64,000 bases of DNA from Acanthaster planci. Taxonomy: Eukaryota. The notes below the pieces were generated by a model. The model saw only the letters and a program-made list of their open reading frames with translations. It was not told the origin of the DNA and did no database searches. Below are positions 25,901 to 39,705 of the stretch, piece after piece. The position numbers and the translations under genes are program-made. The stretch spans positions 2,912,864 through 2,976,863 of the forward strand of contig NW_019091360.1 in NCBI RefSeq assembly GCF_001949145.1, read 5' to 3'. Each line of letters opens with the position of its first letter. Positions within the stretch are counted from its first letter, which is position 1.

Positions 25901-27761
25901 AGAAGGATAATTGCAAACCGTGTGAGACGCTGATATAAGGGATGAAAAACACTTGCCACTATGCTTGACTTGTCTCGCTAGAAAAAGCTTTCAAGAGCTA
26001 ACCATACTAGAATAAGAGCTGAACACTTTCTTAATGTATGACCTCGTTAATAATCCGCATGAGCTTGTAAGGATAGGCGCGAGTGGATTAAAAAAAAGTG
26101 GGAATGCTATCTCCAGATGTGACCAATCTCTGGTTAGGCATCACTTGATCACATTCTGAGATGTAATAAGCTGTCACAAGTGCAGCCGAGATTGCATCTC
26201 ATAATTTGCATCTTGCACGCCTTAGCAGGTCGACCACGGGTCTCCTCGGAACCGTTTTAATTTTGCAGCTTACTGAACATGTCACGGCGAGCGTCCCACT
26301 TTATTATAAAATCACTCCACAACATTAAAACACATGAAATTTCCAGACCGATGGACCTTAACACGATATGAAGATATTCGTGCCCCCCGGGCAAGGTGCA
26401 TGTAATGATGACCAGGCACAACAGTCACATTCAAAACACTCCCTCATTCTTCCCCCATCTGTGGACCAATTTAGCCGAGCCTTGACGAGTGAAGCGTGGC
26501 GACACTGTTAAGCTCTGCACCAACAAATCCGAGCTAAAAGTATCCAGGAAAACAGCCAACAGCAAGTTTCCCAATAAAGTGGGCATGTTACACGACGAAT
26601 ATTAAACTCCATAACTGTCAACCTGCACCATCGATCAAGCATTCCGTCGAAGGAAACATGGGAGCTTGACCAAGCTGAAAATATTAATACTGCGAACAGT
26701 AAAGCCCTTTGGCTTGTTGTGGCTACCAAGGCGCTACCTAGCTACAAGTGAGTTCAAGCACATTTCGAATAAAACCGAGCTTGTTCATAATTATCAATCT
26801 TCCAGCACGTAGATCCCAGACAACTCTTCAAATGAAATTATTCGAACACCGCCTGAACAATATCGTGGAACGCGCACGAGCCAAGTTGAAGGGCCTCTGC
26901 TTATACATGAATGGATAGCTAAAACACGCTTAACTTGCCCCTTCTTGCGCTAAAGACAAATTGATTATGACTGAAACTCGCATTAAAGTTGATGCCTTGA
27001 TGCAGCCTGTCATAAATCCTTTTTGAATAGTCATTAAATACTATATATAAACCAATGACCAAATAAGCCACATTTTGATTCAATGGGCGAAAGCCAACAG
27101 TATCTGGTGAATTTTTGTTTGGGTCTGTGACGAGTTCAAATTTTGGTGAAAAGCTATTACGGCTGGAAATTGAGCACTGTAAGTAAAACGAACGGGGAGG
27201 ACATTTCGCTTTGCTGAGACTACAGTAAGGGACAGAATACTCGGGCAAGTTGCCAGTGCAACTTGTACACTGTGCTCCACGTCAACAAAATCAAATATAC
27301 TGAGTATGTCATCTTTCTCCTCGTGGACGCTAAAAATGTCGGCTATGAGACAACACAGAAGGCTTTATCCATCAACTGTTACTAAATCATTCATCAATAC
27401 AAAGAATGGCAAATATTAGAACAACACTACTTGCCTGAAAGGCGAGGCGAGTTGACAGTTACGCAATTTGGGGCTTATTGACACACGCAATGAAAACAAC
27501 TGAATTCGCAGAATGGAGGAACTGTATTTAAGGTTAGAATAAAAAAAACATGCCTTGTGTGCCTTATCAAAAAAAAGGTATGTGTTTAAAGGAAGGGGTT
27601 GTGATTTCGAGTTGTCTTGATGTCTTCATCTTTATAACTAAAAAGGATGGGGGAAAAGAGAGGGATTGCATGATTCTTACTTCATGATGATCATATTATT
27701 CGTTTACTGCAGTCTCTCTTTCATACTAGCCTAGCCCCCAGTGCTGTTTGTGTTTTATTTA

Positions 27762-27830
27762 TCTGCTTGCTTGTTTTGCTTCGCTTGTTTGCGTGTTTAC
27801 TTGTTTATGCTTGCTTGCTTGCTTTCTTTT
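27762..27830. repeat. Degenerate (GCTT/GTTT)n microsatellite
   Basis: TCTGCTTGCTTGTTTTGCTTCGCTTGTTTGCG...GCTTGCTTGCTTGCTTTC. Confidence 0.8.
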
Positions 27831-27891
27831 AGTCGTTTCAGTTGCTTCAACGAGCCCCTCTTGAGTTGGAAGAGACGAAATTGTTAACTAT

Positions 27892-28560
27892 GTGCTTCAT
27901 TCGTCTTGTGGTGTGCATCTCACTCGGTTTCGTTTATACTGTGACAACTTGAAACGTGTGCTCAACAACCCCCAGCCTGCCCATCGGATCGTGCAATGTG
28001 TAGTTAAGTTGGTCAAAACACATTGTACACGTCTCTTTACCCATTATTTTCGGATCTGCTCAATCGATCTGGGTTTGGTTTGCCCTTGGGCTATAACAAA
28101 TGCCTCAACTCAATACAGAAAAAAATATTTTAAGGCCAAGTTTCATTATTTCCTTCTTATCACAGCACGTGCTCACAATGGTGTTGCTATAGCAACAGAG
28201 TGGGAAAGCCGTCTGTTGTCATTCACACAAACGTTCGGCTAAATGATTCATTACAACACACAGTGAGTGAAAATCTATTATGTGTATCTACCTTATCGCT
28301 ATTTTTGCATCTGGCCTGTACAAATCTTCCCAAGAGCATAACTAACTTAGTGACACATGAGTAGCAATTGTCAAAATCAAAGGATTTACTGAAAAGACAA
28401 TACAAATGAACAGATATTTTCAATTAGTTACGCATGAGTAATGCCTATTGTAACCAAACACCCAGTATTGAAATACATGCAAGATGATAACCCCAACCAA
28501 GTAATTCATCGAATTCTTTGGCATTTCTCAAATACAGATCGTCTTACCCTCGCTCGTTAC
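27892..28560 (+). pseudogene. Degenerate Ty3/Gypsy RT to RNase H remnant
   Basis: DNLKRVLNN..PA (~HxxNLxxVxxRLxxA), IAIFASGLYKSSQEHN*LSDT*VAIV (shifted frame, ~PIAFASRxL..ERNY..ExExLAIV), IVTKHPVLKYMQDDNPNQVIHR (~VTDHxxLKYL...NxRxxRW). Confidence 0.5.
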
Positions 28561-29854
28561 CTTCTAATTCACGCGAGGTACTCCGTGACGACGAGAGAAT
28601 CGGATTGCTCCCGGAGAAACAGTGCTGGAGATACCCTTCGTCTACCTTAGAGAGCAGGCGAGTTCAGCCTGGCGAGGTGCTCCACGTGCATTGGATGCCG
28701 TATCCACGTACACCATCGCGAATGCTAGAGCTCACAGTGGCGCGTGGGATTGAATGCTGCATGATTATACCTGGATACTGGCGCGCATGACCGGCACAGA
28801 CTCATTTGGTATGCGGGATGTGTTGACGCTGACGATGTGATCAGGGGTAGGAGAAGTGAAAGTTCGGCCTATAGGTGAATTTTATACGGCGCGCCGCCTA
28901 ACAATAATTGTTTTTGAAAAAAGCTGAAATTAATGACCCATCCTTTATTCTTCTAGTCTGACATATATTATTTTTCCGCTGAGTTCATAATGATAATGAT
29001 AATTAAGCTAAGGACAAAGACACAGCATCGTTACACTGTCACAGTCAACAAAACAACCAACTTACCAACCAACGACACACGCAAGCAAAACGTTGACTTT
29101 TAACTGTTTTCACTCTTTAACACATAATCACCACCAGTACAGATCCTGTACTATTTATCCATGACGAAACAAAGTCCACTGCTGCATGATTCTTACAATA
29201 ACAAGTACAATGAAAATAAGTCTGCGTTTCAGATGAATTTATTTTTCAAAACTGGCTGACAGACAGTCTAATTTTTAGTGACTGTTTACCAGTGATATGC
29301 CAGATTGAAAAGACGCGCAGTTATTCGTTACATTATCACCGCATCGCCTCCAATCTTGACTTCGTCACTTATTTATTTATTCATTTTTAGCAAGATATAA
29401 GCCAGTATTTCTGGCTATTGTATTCATTCCGTGCGCACTCGCCAATTACTATACAGCCTAGGCCTGTAATTCAAATAATTTTGAAAGGCTTGGAGAATAC
29501 GGAGGTGATCCAAAGGACAGTTTTCCATACGTAAAAGGCATATCATGCGGACATGTATCACATTCAAGAAAGCGAACATTACAAATTCATTGAAACTGAT
29601 TAGATTTCTGTGCCAGGACCTGTTCACTGGTGCGAAATGGGGAGCAATTCCACTGGAGTGGCCAAGCCGTTAGCTGTGTTTGACGGCGTTTCTTTGTGGC
29701 GGTTTGTCATCCTTGTCCATTCACGATATCAATTATAAGAGAAACGTACGGCTCAGATAACGGAAATCTTGGCGGTACAGTACCCTGTCACCCCAAGGCT
29801 TCGTCAGTGACCTTCACCGGCACTTTAAAGTACATGGACTAGTATCGATCAAGG

Positions 29855-30055
29855 CTACGGGCCTAGAGCTGGACCAAGAGAGGGTGCTCTTTTCTTAGTA
29901 ACGGAGGCTCTATTGGTCGGAACTGAATTTCGCTGGTTCACCAACAACTGGGAAATGCACGCATCACACGGTCGCATCGCTACCAAAAATTGAAAACTCC
30001 CATGAACGCGGCTCTTTTCAACCGATGGGGGGGGGGCTTCTGCTCGAGGCTGGTA
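29855..30055 (+). repeat. Dispersed repeat family B, copy 2
   Basis: CTACGGGCCTAGAGCTGGACCAAGAGAGGGTGC...GAAATGCACGCATC...GCTCTTTTCAACCGATGGGGG..GCTTCTGCTCGAGGC, colinear with the other copies. Confidence 0.9.
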
Positions 30056-30245
30056 ATCCTGTGAACCAATTAATTTCAACCTCTGATGCTATAACATTCC
30101 ATACTAACTACTTGAGATTGTGGATCAGCCATTTTTACGTTTTGAAAACCAAACAGTTTCCTTTTTAAGACAGTTGGCTGTGTCACTGTACTCAATATAA
30201 CCCTTTGCATGAATCCACACCATCTCTTTCTCGACAATATACAAT

Positions 30246-30905
30246 CAAGCAATACCTGGACAATATTCTTTCAAGGCAAAAAGCCTTACAAGAAACCACT
30301 CAGCCAATACATCGCATATTTTAGGTAACGATGGCAAACCAAGGGCTGAATGTCCCGAAATGACGTCATCTGCAGTCGTTGTGATCAGTGCAACTGTTAG
30401 AACACAGCAAAAGTACGAGCAGACCTTTTCACTTTCTGAAAGAAAAAGACTGGAGAATTTGTAACTAATACTATAACGCCACTTTTCTAGATTAGTTTTT
30501 GGAGTGATATCAATTAAATAATGCTTCTGAAACATCCATACCCCAAAAACCTCAGGTACCAGACTACATTTTTGATAAGCCATGGTATAACTTCGGTAAT
30601 CATTTGTGTTCATGACAAACGCTGTCAAGCAATAAATAAGAAAACGAATACAAAAATCAATATTGACTCTGCGCAAACTTGATCTGCGTTTCCGAGAACT
30701 GTTTCCCTCACCTGTCCCATCGACTTTCACGGCAGAACCGATAATTGCCATCACCGAGACAGCTGTTAACAGGGCCACTCCAGCCGGGAAAAAAGTAAAA
30801 ACAATCCTAGCTAACTCAGCTCGCTGTGCTCCTGAACGGCGTAATTTCGCCGTAACGCTGGGAGAAATCGAAGAGTTGCTCAAATGCGCATGCGTTGGCA
30901 CATAA
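30246..30905 (+). pseudogene. Degenerate Ty3/Gypsy RT to RNase H remnant (single frame with stops)
   Basis: One frame gives GQYSFKAK (~GxYEFxxM), VVVISAT (~DILIFSxT), IHTPKT (~WPTPKN), ELFPSPVP (~ALTSAPVL), IIAITETA (~FILETDAS), LANSARCAPERRNFAVTLGEI (~IAYASR...ERNYSVTEKEL). Confidence 0.5.
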
Positions 30906-32789
30906 AACGACTTCCAGACAAGGCTTACCACAGCGCAGCCGTCCTTTTTATTAATTACACTGCGGTTTAGTTGTATCATGAAACAAGCCAGGGAGCAAAC
31001 AAAAACACTGTGGTACTACTGAAAGCATGTATTTTCCGTATTTGAATAATATTTATGACTCTAGTGCGCCTGAGATTATACGACAAGATCAACTGAAACC
31101 AACTTAAATAACTATAAAATTACCAGACGGCCCTACCTCGACGTAAAAAGAGGGGTGTTCATCATCACAAGGCTACAGACAACGTTTTAAAGTCAACAGA
31201 GGGCGGGCAAAAATTCGCATTCCAGTCCACACTGATGCCCGCGATTGCTGCGAGCACGGCTGCATGATCTACTGCCCTCTTGCGGTGAAAAACTTGTTCT
31301 GCGGTGTAGGAATGTGGGTGCTGTGTTTAATTTGCGTTGGCAAATCATACTATGGACATCTAACAGAAAAGAACGGCGCAATAACAGTGGACGCTCATTG
31401 TTAGTGCATTGTGTTTCTCTTGTTAGATGTTCGTGGTGTCAACTGATGGGCTTTTGTTGAAAACATGCGTGAACCGTACCATGCCCGTTAAAGTTTACTT
31501 CTACTGTTTGAGAGGGAGCGTCTGAAGGTCGATGTTTCCTAGTACAGAGAAAAGAGATGGATTTCACTACCGGCGATTGGAACTTGTAATTAATACGTAA
31601 TAACGACGGAAGAACCCTCGATACAAAAGTGATGGAGGAGTGTAGTTGGTGTCGGGTTACAGCCATTCCACGCTTTTGTCGGATGATCTTGGCTGCGTGC
31701 TGGAATCAGATATTGATAATATTTCACAAGAAAGTGACGTCTGATTAAATTAGCGTTTGATTTATTGATTGCCCGTCTGGTTTAAGACAAGTTCATTCGG
31801 TGTCGTCCAATAGCGTAAAAGGCATGGGTAGCATGCACGATCCACGGAAACCTTGCTTGATTAGTTTTGCCAAATGCGCAGGCAGACTCTTTGCAGACGG
31901 ACAAGATTAAAATGGGTAACATCTAGCGGCTCTCGACTCATCACAGTTGTGCTAAGAGTTTCTGTGCAGTGTGTCTCCATCACATCCATTAATTTTTAAC
32001 ATTGGAGACAAACGCCTGGGGGTATGCGTTCACAGAACTTAAAACTGTAGCTTTCTTGAGCCATTGACTATTAAATCGGGACGCAGTGCATCTCTAGCGA
32101 AAAATGGACGAAAGAGTGGTGTTTAGGCTATCATTTCAAGAGTACTTAGGGTAGGAAACACAGAGGGGAAAGTCACCGAATGTTTACAATCGAAAGTGAA
32201 ATCTGCTTCAGGGAAAAGCCTATACTCTTCAAATCAAAGTTCTGTCTAAGGACGCTGACTTACGACTAAATTATGACGTTAAAGAGCAGCAACTGAGGCT
32301 CCTATCCATTATCTAAGAATCAAAATGAAAATTCTTCTCTGCTCGCATTCATCTCAAACTTCAAGTTCTGCTGCACCACAGAGGGAGGGGAAATTTACAT
32401 TAGTCAAGATGACCTCAAAAACGTTCGAACTAAAGTAAAAAGTGTTACACCTACAATACAATTTACCTGTTTATATCATATGGAAGCACCCACGTTCACA
32501 AATGCAGTCTGTTGTCTGGATAAAGTCTTTGGGGAAAAACTGCTGATTATGAATTAAAAGCATGAAGGCTGTCGGAGGCTATTACTATCATTTTGTACAC
32601 GCATGATGAAAAACTGATAGTCACACACTTTGCATCTGTTTACAATAGAGTATCACCTTACTCGGTGTATCATGGTATGTTTATTTCAATTAGGGCCAGT
32701 GACTAGATGGATTTATTGTTATGTTTGAAACGCAGCCCTTGACGTTTTAGTAGTCAAGTGGTCAAAATAATTTACACAGTCCATACCAC

Positions 32790-33320
32790 ATTGAGCATGT
32801 GGCCACTGCACTTTGCATTTCTGCCTCGCATTGTTGAGCATGTAGCTAAGCCAACACGAAACAGACTTCAGTTTTCTCCTCAGCCAAACTTTCAAGTTAA
32901 ACTAATGCGCCAAGTGACTACGCGAGAGCGTGTCATGATTATCTGCTTGTTATCATTCAAGACAATGCACAGAGATAATGAGGACATTTGCACGGTGGAC
33001 ACAAAATGGATCTAAAATTGTGATGTATATTGTGCGATGCGATGTGCATTTCGTCAAAGGATTTTGCAACACTCACCTCAATATTTCCCATTTGTACATG
33101 CCACGATTACACAATCGGGCAAGTTCGGGCACTAACCGAAGTTCGTCCACCAATAAAGGGCTTCATACCCATTCGCATGCGCAATACAGTTCGTTAAATA
33201 ATCGAGCCATTTCGCGAACTCCCTTTATCATCCACATTTTTGCTGTTGGTTGCATCTTCCATGCGTTCATGGCGTCTTCTCTCCGTTACGTTCACCTCAA
33301 TGATTCCCTGTGTACTTAAT
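32790..33320 (-). pseudogene. Degenerate Ty3/Gypsy RT N-terminal/palm remnant
   Basis: Minus strand, mostly one frame: KGVREMARLFNEL (~GxxRxCxDxRxLN), SPLLVDELR (~PLPxIDEL), PLTKCTSHRTIYITILDPFCVHRA (~LTAFxTxxGxYxFxxMPFGLxxA), AH*FNLKVWLRR (~EHxxNLxxVLxR). Confidence 0.5.
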
Positions 33321-35949
33321 TACACAAACTGCTGCTGGTAACTAGCAATTGGCCCCAGGGCCTTGTTCAAATGGGTCGAAAAATTAAGTAGTCCCACCAT
33401 CCACCGTTTAGGTGATGTCAGTCGAACAGTGGTAAACCAGGCTGCTTAGCCAATAAAGAAAGCGGCAATAGAGAGGGTGGGACCGGGTGCCCTTCTGCTC
33501 GCTATTAAATCTTGAGTGCGATAACCGCCACGCAAGTCAGTCATGCGATCGACATCTGCCTTAAGTACATTGCCCTAAAGCGGTTGACACGATCCATGGT
33601 AAATTCACGCTTGGAGAGCGCCCTCTCCCCCTCGTCGTTCGCAATTCTTTTTTCTTTCTGTTTTTTTTCTACCGCGATTCAACCTTTCTAATAGGACTTA
33701 TTCAATTATTTATTTCTGGAATTTAAGTATTGAAGAATAAGTTTGCTGCTCCACATATCAGATTTTGGACTGACGAAGAGTAGATTCCATGGCTGCAACA
33801 CAGCATTCAACTAGACGAACATTCTGTGTCATTTCTAATTACTATGACGTTCCCTCTTCGCATACTGCAAGCTGTCCACAAAACACTGAACTAAACATTC
33901 ACTTTTCATTACACTTTGGGATAGACCAAGCATAAGGCCTGTTGGGTATTGAAGAGGGATACTGTATAAGGAATCTTCCTGAAAATCACATCCCCCGGGC
34001 TCCAATTTTGTCCTTTGTTAACTGAATACATAACAGTCCCAAGATAGAATAGTTAAATCACCATGGTTAATGTAATGGGTAATTTTGTTCGCAGTCTGAA
34101 GGAACTTTAGGAATTAGGAATTAAGGAACTTTTTTTTCATGTCCGGCACCTAATAATGAGGCATCTCTTCAAATGCATTATTTAGGACAAGACGTTATGG
34201 ATGAGACTTGGGCAGATCCTTATTCAGGTATTTTTGAAATTAGCAATTTTACAAATTATTGTAAAGTTCACTTCACGAACGATTTTTTTATGTTATACTG
34301 TTCAAAATATTTCTGGAATATCGCATAATGACATACAGTATAATTCCCATCAAGGCCTCGATGTGCAGTGCGAGTCGGTGTCATGATAACCTGCAGTGCG
34401 GGCCCTTGGCTGTAGGGAACCCATTACTGCTTATCTACCTCAATAAGATGTTCATGTACGAATACAGCTCCGTGTAGGCCGAGTACCAGTGAAGTTTAAT
34501 TGTAGTCATAATTTTCAATGTGCGCACCTGCTGGGATTAGGTAAGAAAAATGTAGTCGCTTCGGTGTTGATGCAACGAGGCGACGACGCTTGGATTGCTT
34601 TCCCCAGATTACCTCACTGCGTTTGAAAACATACCAAATCTGTCTGATATCTGAACCGTTCAAAATCCGCCTGCCTAGAAACGCTTCACACAGCATATCA
34701 GCAAAAAATTTGGCCATTTTGGTTGACAAGTTCATATTCTGCACAACGACGATCTTAATGTCAGCTATCATTTCGGTATAACCGTCACAAGTGGCGGTCC
34801 AGCTTCACTCAAATGACCCAGTGGCAGATAAGTGTAACTTTAAACCAAGCAACAGGCAAACAAAACTCTCCGAATTTGCCTGACCAACTGACTTGCCGAT
34901 CAACCGATAGACAAAAAATAACCAAGGGGTGTAGTATCGGGCCAAACAAGTTGGTGATCAATTTGATTGCAAATATTTTGTGACTGAAATCCGATCAAGA
35001 AAACCCAAACAAGAGAACAATTATACAAAGAAATGCAAAATTAACCGGGTATAAAACTAGCCAGCCAACTATATCATCAAACAACGAGACAGCGACAAAC
35101 TGACCTGCAAACCCACTTCATACAAATCGATAATCGTGACGACCAACCAACCGTGTCAGTCCAGTCAGCTACCGACTCAAGTGATGAATTCTGTAAACTG
35201 TCATCAGTTTTGTATTCTTTCAATGGAAGCAGGTCTGCCGGCGCTCCCCCCGGACGGCTGCTCTCCAAGGGAGCTGGGGGATAGCCACCAAATGCGATCT
35301 CCCACTCAATGTTGGCCCATCCAAATTTCACGGACTACCAATCACCGAAATATCCCCCACGGCATTCCCTGAAATACACTGAGATGGCGCTATAAGGGAT
35401 TGATATACGACTGATTTATGCTTTCGGCTACGTTCCTCTTTATTCAGACTCAAATTCACACATCAGGCGATGTTTAAATTACAGAAAGCAATTTCCAATG
35501 GAAAAGGTTAAGGCTGACATCAAAATAATGTCGATGACACTTCACAGTTACGCAGTAGTAACTCAAAAATGCAGTATCCAGATTATTTTGTATGTTCAAG
35601 AACACAACACCTGTGAACATCAGTTTATGTAGTTTCATTACCGGTAGTAAATCACGCGCTGATCTTGTCTGTTGGGAACAAAAATTGGGCGTTGATACTA
35701 TCTACAATATTAATGTTATGCCATTAATGATCTGTCTCTTTCCTCATACATAAATGACCGACATTATGCTATTTCTCAGAAGTTAAAGTGACTTACCATG
35801 TCTTGCGTTGGATCTGCTCACGTGGTCTCTGATAGCTCGCTTGGCCTGTTCTACTGTCATAGTGGAGCCGTATGGTTCCATTGGCCAACTGGTGGCTGGA
35901 CAAAAAGAAAACAATGGAATATTAACAACTGGTCGTAGAAGCCAATCAT

Positions 35950-36141
35950 CATGAGCCCCGAGCGGGATCAAAATAAGGCGCAATTTTCCCAGCAACGGCG
36001 GCACCTTTCGTTGGAACTGCGCTCTGGCGGTTCCCAAACAAATATGAAATGCACGCGTTACGGTCTCGGCACTACCATCAAAACAGCTCTCCCGACCAAC
36101 ATGGCTCTTTTCAACCAATGAGGGGTGCTTCCGCTCAAGGC
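35950..36141 (+). repeat. Dispersed repeat family B, copy 3
   Basis: CATGAGCCCCGAGCGGGATCAAAATAAGGCGCAATTTTCC...GAAATGCACGCGTTACGGTC...GGCTCTTTTCAACCAATGAGGGGTGCTTCCGCTCAAGGC. Confidence 0.9.
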
Positions 36142-39100
36142 AGAAAGTGAATTATACTTAAGCCGCTCTGAGTTGGGATCATGACAATGGTTCAAAATTG
36201 AAGAAGGAAAACGTGAACTGAGTGGAAAACTAAATTCATGATGCCGAATCCCAAGAACAATAATTCACAACCACAAGGTCAAAAATAACCTCAATTGACG
36301 CGAGAGACAAAATCAGAATGCCCAATTCTATGACGAGAGAAAATAGCAATGCAGGAAAATGACGTGCGAACGACAATGTTTCTGCAACTGAGAAACACTG
36401 CCAGAGATTGAAACAGTATCATGTTTTGTCAGGGCAGGAAAAAATGAAACGAGAGATGGGAGAAGGAAACCCCGACGTATACGCGTATAATGAGCTAAAA
36501 AGCGACCGTCAACAATCATGAGCAGCCAATTATTTACATTTCGTCATTCAGTCGGTATACTGCTATCCAGCGCACACACTTATTTTCGGGCGAAATGCGC
36601 TAAAGATACACTTCTCGCTTCCCGTCAATATTGCCCCATCGACTATTTTCGGTACAAGTGCCCGGTTGCGTGGGCTGAAGTGTCGTATACTCGAGAAAGG
36701 AAAGTCAACATCCCCTCCCCTGAATGAATGACAGTGGAGACTTCACTGGGCCTATACGCCACATGCACCACCACTCGAATGCGTCTCGGCCGGCGATGCC
36801 CAATTGCCTATAAGAGCAAAGTTCGACGCGCTCGAGGGTTCACCATATCAAACAAGCGCTTGCTTAGTTGGTGGAGTGCCAAGTCGCTCTAAACCGAAAT
36901 CAGAAAAGAGCTGCGAGCGGCTAGATGCGGGGGCCTCACAAACTACCTCATCCGTCAGACAGCGATTTCCCTTTTTACGCGACGTCATCGTAGCGAGCCG
37001 ACAGGTGATGGGTGATGTCTTCATTCATTATGGCCAGAAGTCATTCCTTATGAATTTAAGCCTTAGCTGTGGTATTAGCATTGCTTTCCCTGAAAAGCAA
37101 CAGAGCCATGCAAGCGAACAAACTGACCCCAACAGGCGAAGTCCCGCCACGTAGTCTCCCCTCGCCGTTTCAAGGTCCAATTAATCTTCATCAGTACAAT
37201 TATTTAACTTAACCGCTTCTGGTGGCCACTTTAGCCGTCTGACGTAATGTTCACATCGCTTATCACAGTTTATTATAAAACAAACTTCAAGAAACTTTCT
37301 GATTACAACAGTTAATCAGCGAGCTTGTTAAACTTTGGCAAATGCGTTATTTGCAGTCACAAACTTAGTGTGCTCAGCAATAAACTTGTACTGCCAACCA
37401 AGGCCGAGCAAAAAAAAGGTGTGTCTTGTTCGGTTTTTTTAAACGGGAGCAGGAAGGTCCCCCTAGAAGGCAACTGAATTTCCAAGATGGCGGACGGATT
37501 CTTTAGACTTCTTAGAATGACAAGAACGGCCAGAGCACATAAGAAAGGAACAGTGTTAAACAAGCAGAGTGACAAAACAAGACAGTAGGCAAACTTAAAA
37601 ATGATCAAACGACATTCCCTGCGGTCCCACGCAGTTGAGCTGATGTTCCGGATGTCAGGATGACGTCCGACCTGATGGAAGGCGGTGCATGCAATGGCAC
37701 TCCATCTAAATGGAGATTTGACCAATCACAGCTTGGTGAGAGATGACGCTGCATGATTTTAGGAGCCCATGGGGCATGCATTTTGCATGAAGACGGTCAT
37801 CCATGATGCGGCATACTGCCCTGCAGAGATTGCTCGTCCCGGCTGACCGGTCCCATCCCGCCTTGCGTTGGTCATGAAAGGTCCCTGCTGTTGTATTCAC
37901 GGCGGCCTCTTCACAGTAAGTGACACTTTAATTCTGATTTGATTCGTTTTGCCAAAGCCGCGCGCAAAACGAAGGTAAGAAATTACATTATTCATGATTC
38001 AGACTTGCAAATTCCTGAACCATTCTCAATAGAGAAGAGGATTTCTCCCCTTCCTCGGATGTCACTTCCCAGAGGTGAATACTGTTAAAAAAATTCCAGC
38101 ACTTGTTCTGAATGGTTCGCTATAATTATCGTTATGTGAGTTTTGGTAATTCGATGGCCTGTATCTAAGATGGCCACTTCCAACGGTGTAGATCGACCCC
38201 GATATTCCTTGATCATTTTCACGGCTGCAGCGGCAAGGGGTGATGAATAATGCATGCCAGCTGTGGAGAGAGATGCGAATGACGCGGGGAGAGAGAGAGA
38301 GAAAGAACTCGTGCACGCAATGCTGGTTAGGCAGCCGTTCGGTCTAGCCTGGTCTTGGACACGACAACCGGTGAATGTTTCATGACCGCAGACATAACAA
38401 CCGACAAAAGGACATCTTAAATAAGCCTACGTTCATGACAAATTGTTTTTTATTCACTTGAATAATCAGAGAAAAACGACTGTCTATGTCTACTACGCAA
38501 CGATGAACGGAACCTGTCAACGGAGATGCACACAACATTAAGATCGACAGATATGGAAATCAAATTCGAATTAACTTTTCGCTGTCCAGTCACATTTCAT
38601 CCGAATCCTTTTTTAACAGATCTTGGAGGCTCGTTGGATACAAATAAAGCTTCGAAAACGGATTGCGTCAAGTTCAGATAGCAGCGACACTTTACATCTG
38701 GACAAACACTTGATGTCCACGATTTTGGCGCTATCTGCGTCGTGTTCTCGTTCTCCCATGTCCCCTCAAAAGAACTGACGCGCGGAGCGTCGAGAATCGC
38801 GTATTTACACAGCATGCACCGCGGGTCATTTAACAACGCATCCACAGGGGCACCTCGACTCACTTATCCAGGCTCACCATGATCCGATTTCAACATTACT
38901 GGTGGTCCTCCGGGATCAGCTATGTATTTGGACTAATTTCTTTTCGATTTCAGCGCCCCTCTGGCAGCTTCTAAGACAAAGACCAAGTACATAGCAAGGA
39001 ATGCCCCGTGACGAACGGAGACAGATTGTTCTATCTTTGGAGATTCAAAACGGCTGTATTTTGATATCTCGCCAAACAATTCAATTCCGGTGGTAACTGT

Positions 39101-39329
39101 CCCCCTTCATCCACTTCACTTGTTTTCATAAGCCACTTACTCTATGGCAGTACCAAGGGACACACATTTGAAAATGGAAATTCTAAAGTTGCAGCAATTT
39201 TAAGAAGGTGAGAAAGGAAAAAATGGGAAGTGATTCGTGTTTCAAACTTTGGTTGTAAAAATATACTCGCATTTTACGTTTTTCATATTTTTTTTCAAAA
39301 ATGTTCATGTTACTTTTGATAACATTTTG

Positions 39330-39705
39330 GCTTTGCATGGCTTTGCACCAGGTTATATCTCAGAATTACTAATACCTAAATCCCAGTTACATAGGTACAC
39401 TCTTCGTGGCTCACAGGAGAGGATGATCCTTAGTCATCCCTATCGCAGAATTAAGGCAACATTTGGAGACCGTGCATATATTTGTGCTGCTCCTGGCTTT
39501 GAAACAACCTGCCTTTTCATGTAAGAAATGCTAAATCTGTCGACACATCCAAGATTGTTCTAAAAACGCCTCTCTTTTTTGAAACTTTTTCCAACACCTG
39601 ATTTTCCTATCTGCTAGTGATGGGTATTATTATGCGCAGTTGAGTAGATTTGTATTGTGTCTGCGCAATGTAAATTTTCCTTATTTACTATTATTATTAT
39701 TATTA
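39330..39705 (+). mobile_element. 5'-truncated L2/CR1-group LINE 3' end with (TAT)n tail
   Basis: ALHGFAPGYISELL...YTLRGS...KATFGDRAYICAAP, then after a frameshift NNLPFHVRNAKSVDTSKIVLKTPLF: the typical L2-group ORF2 C-terminus. 3' UTR has a TGCGCAG...CTGCGCA stem (39633-39667) and a TAT-repeat tail (39689-39705). Confidence 0.88.

Noticed and set aside
26780..27250. Additional LINE RT remnant (LKHA*LAP..., NPFE)
   Set aside because: Too few motifs to distinguish from chance.
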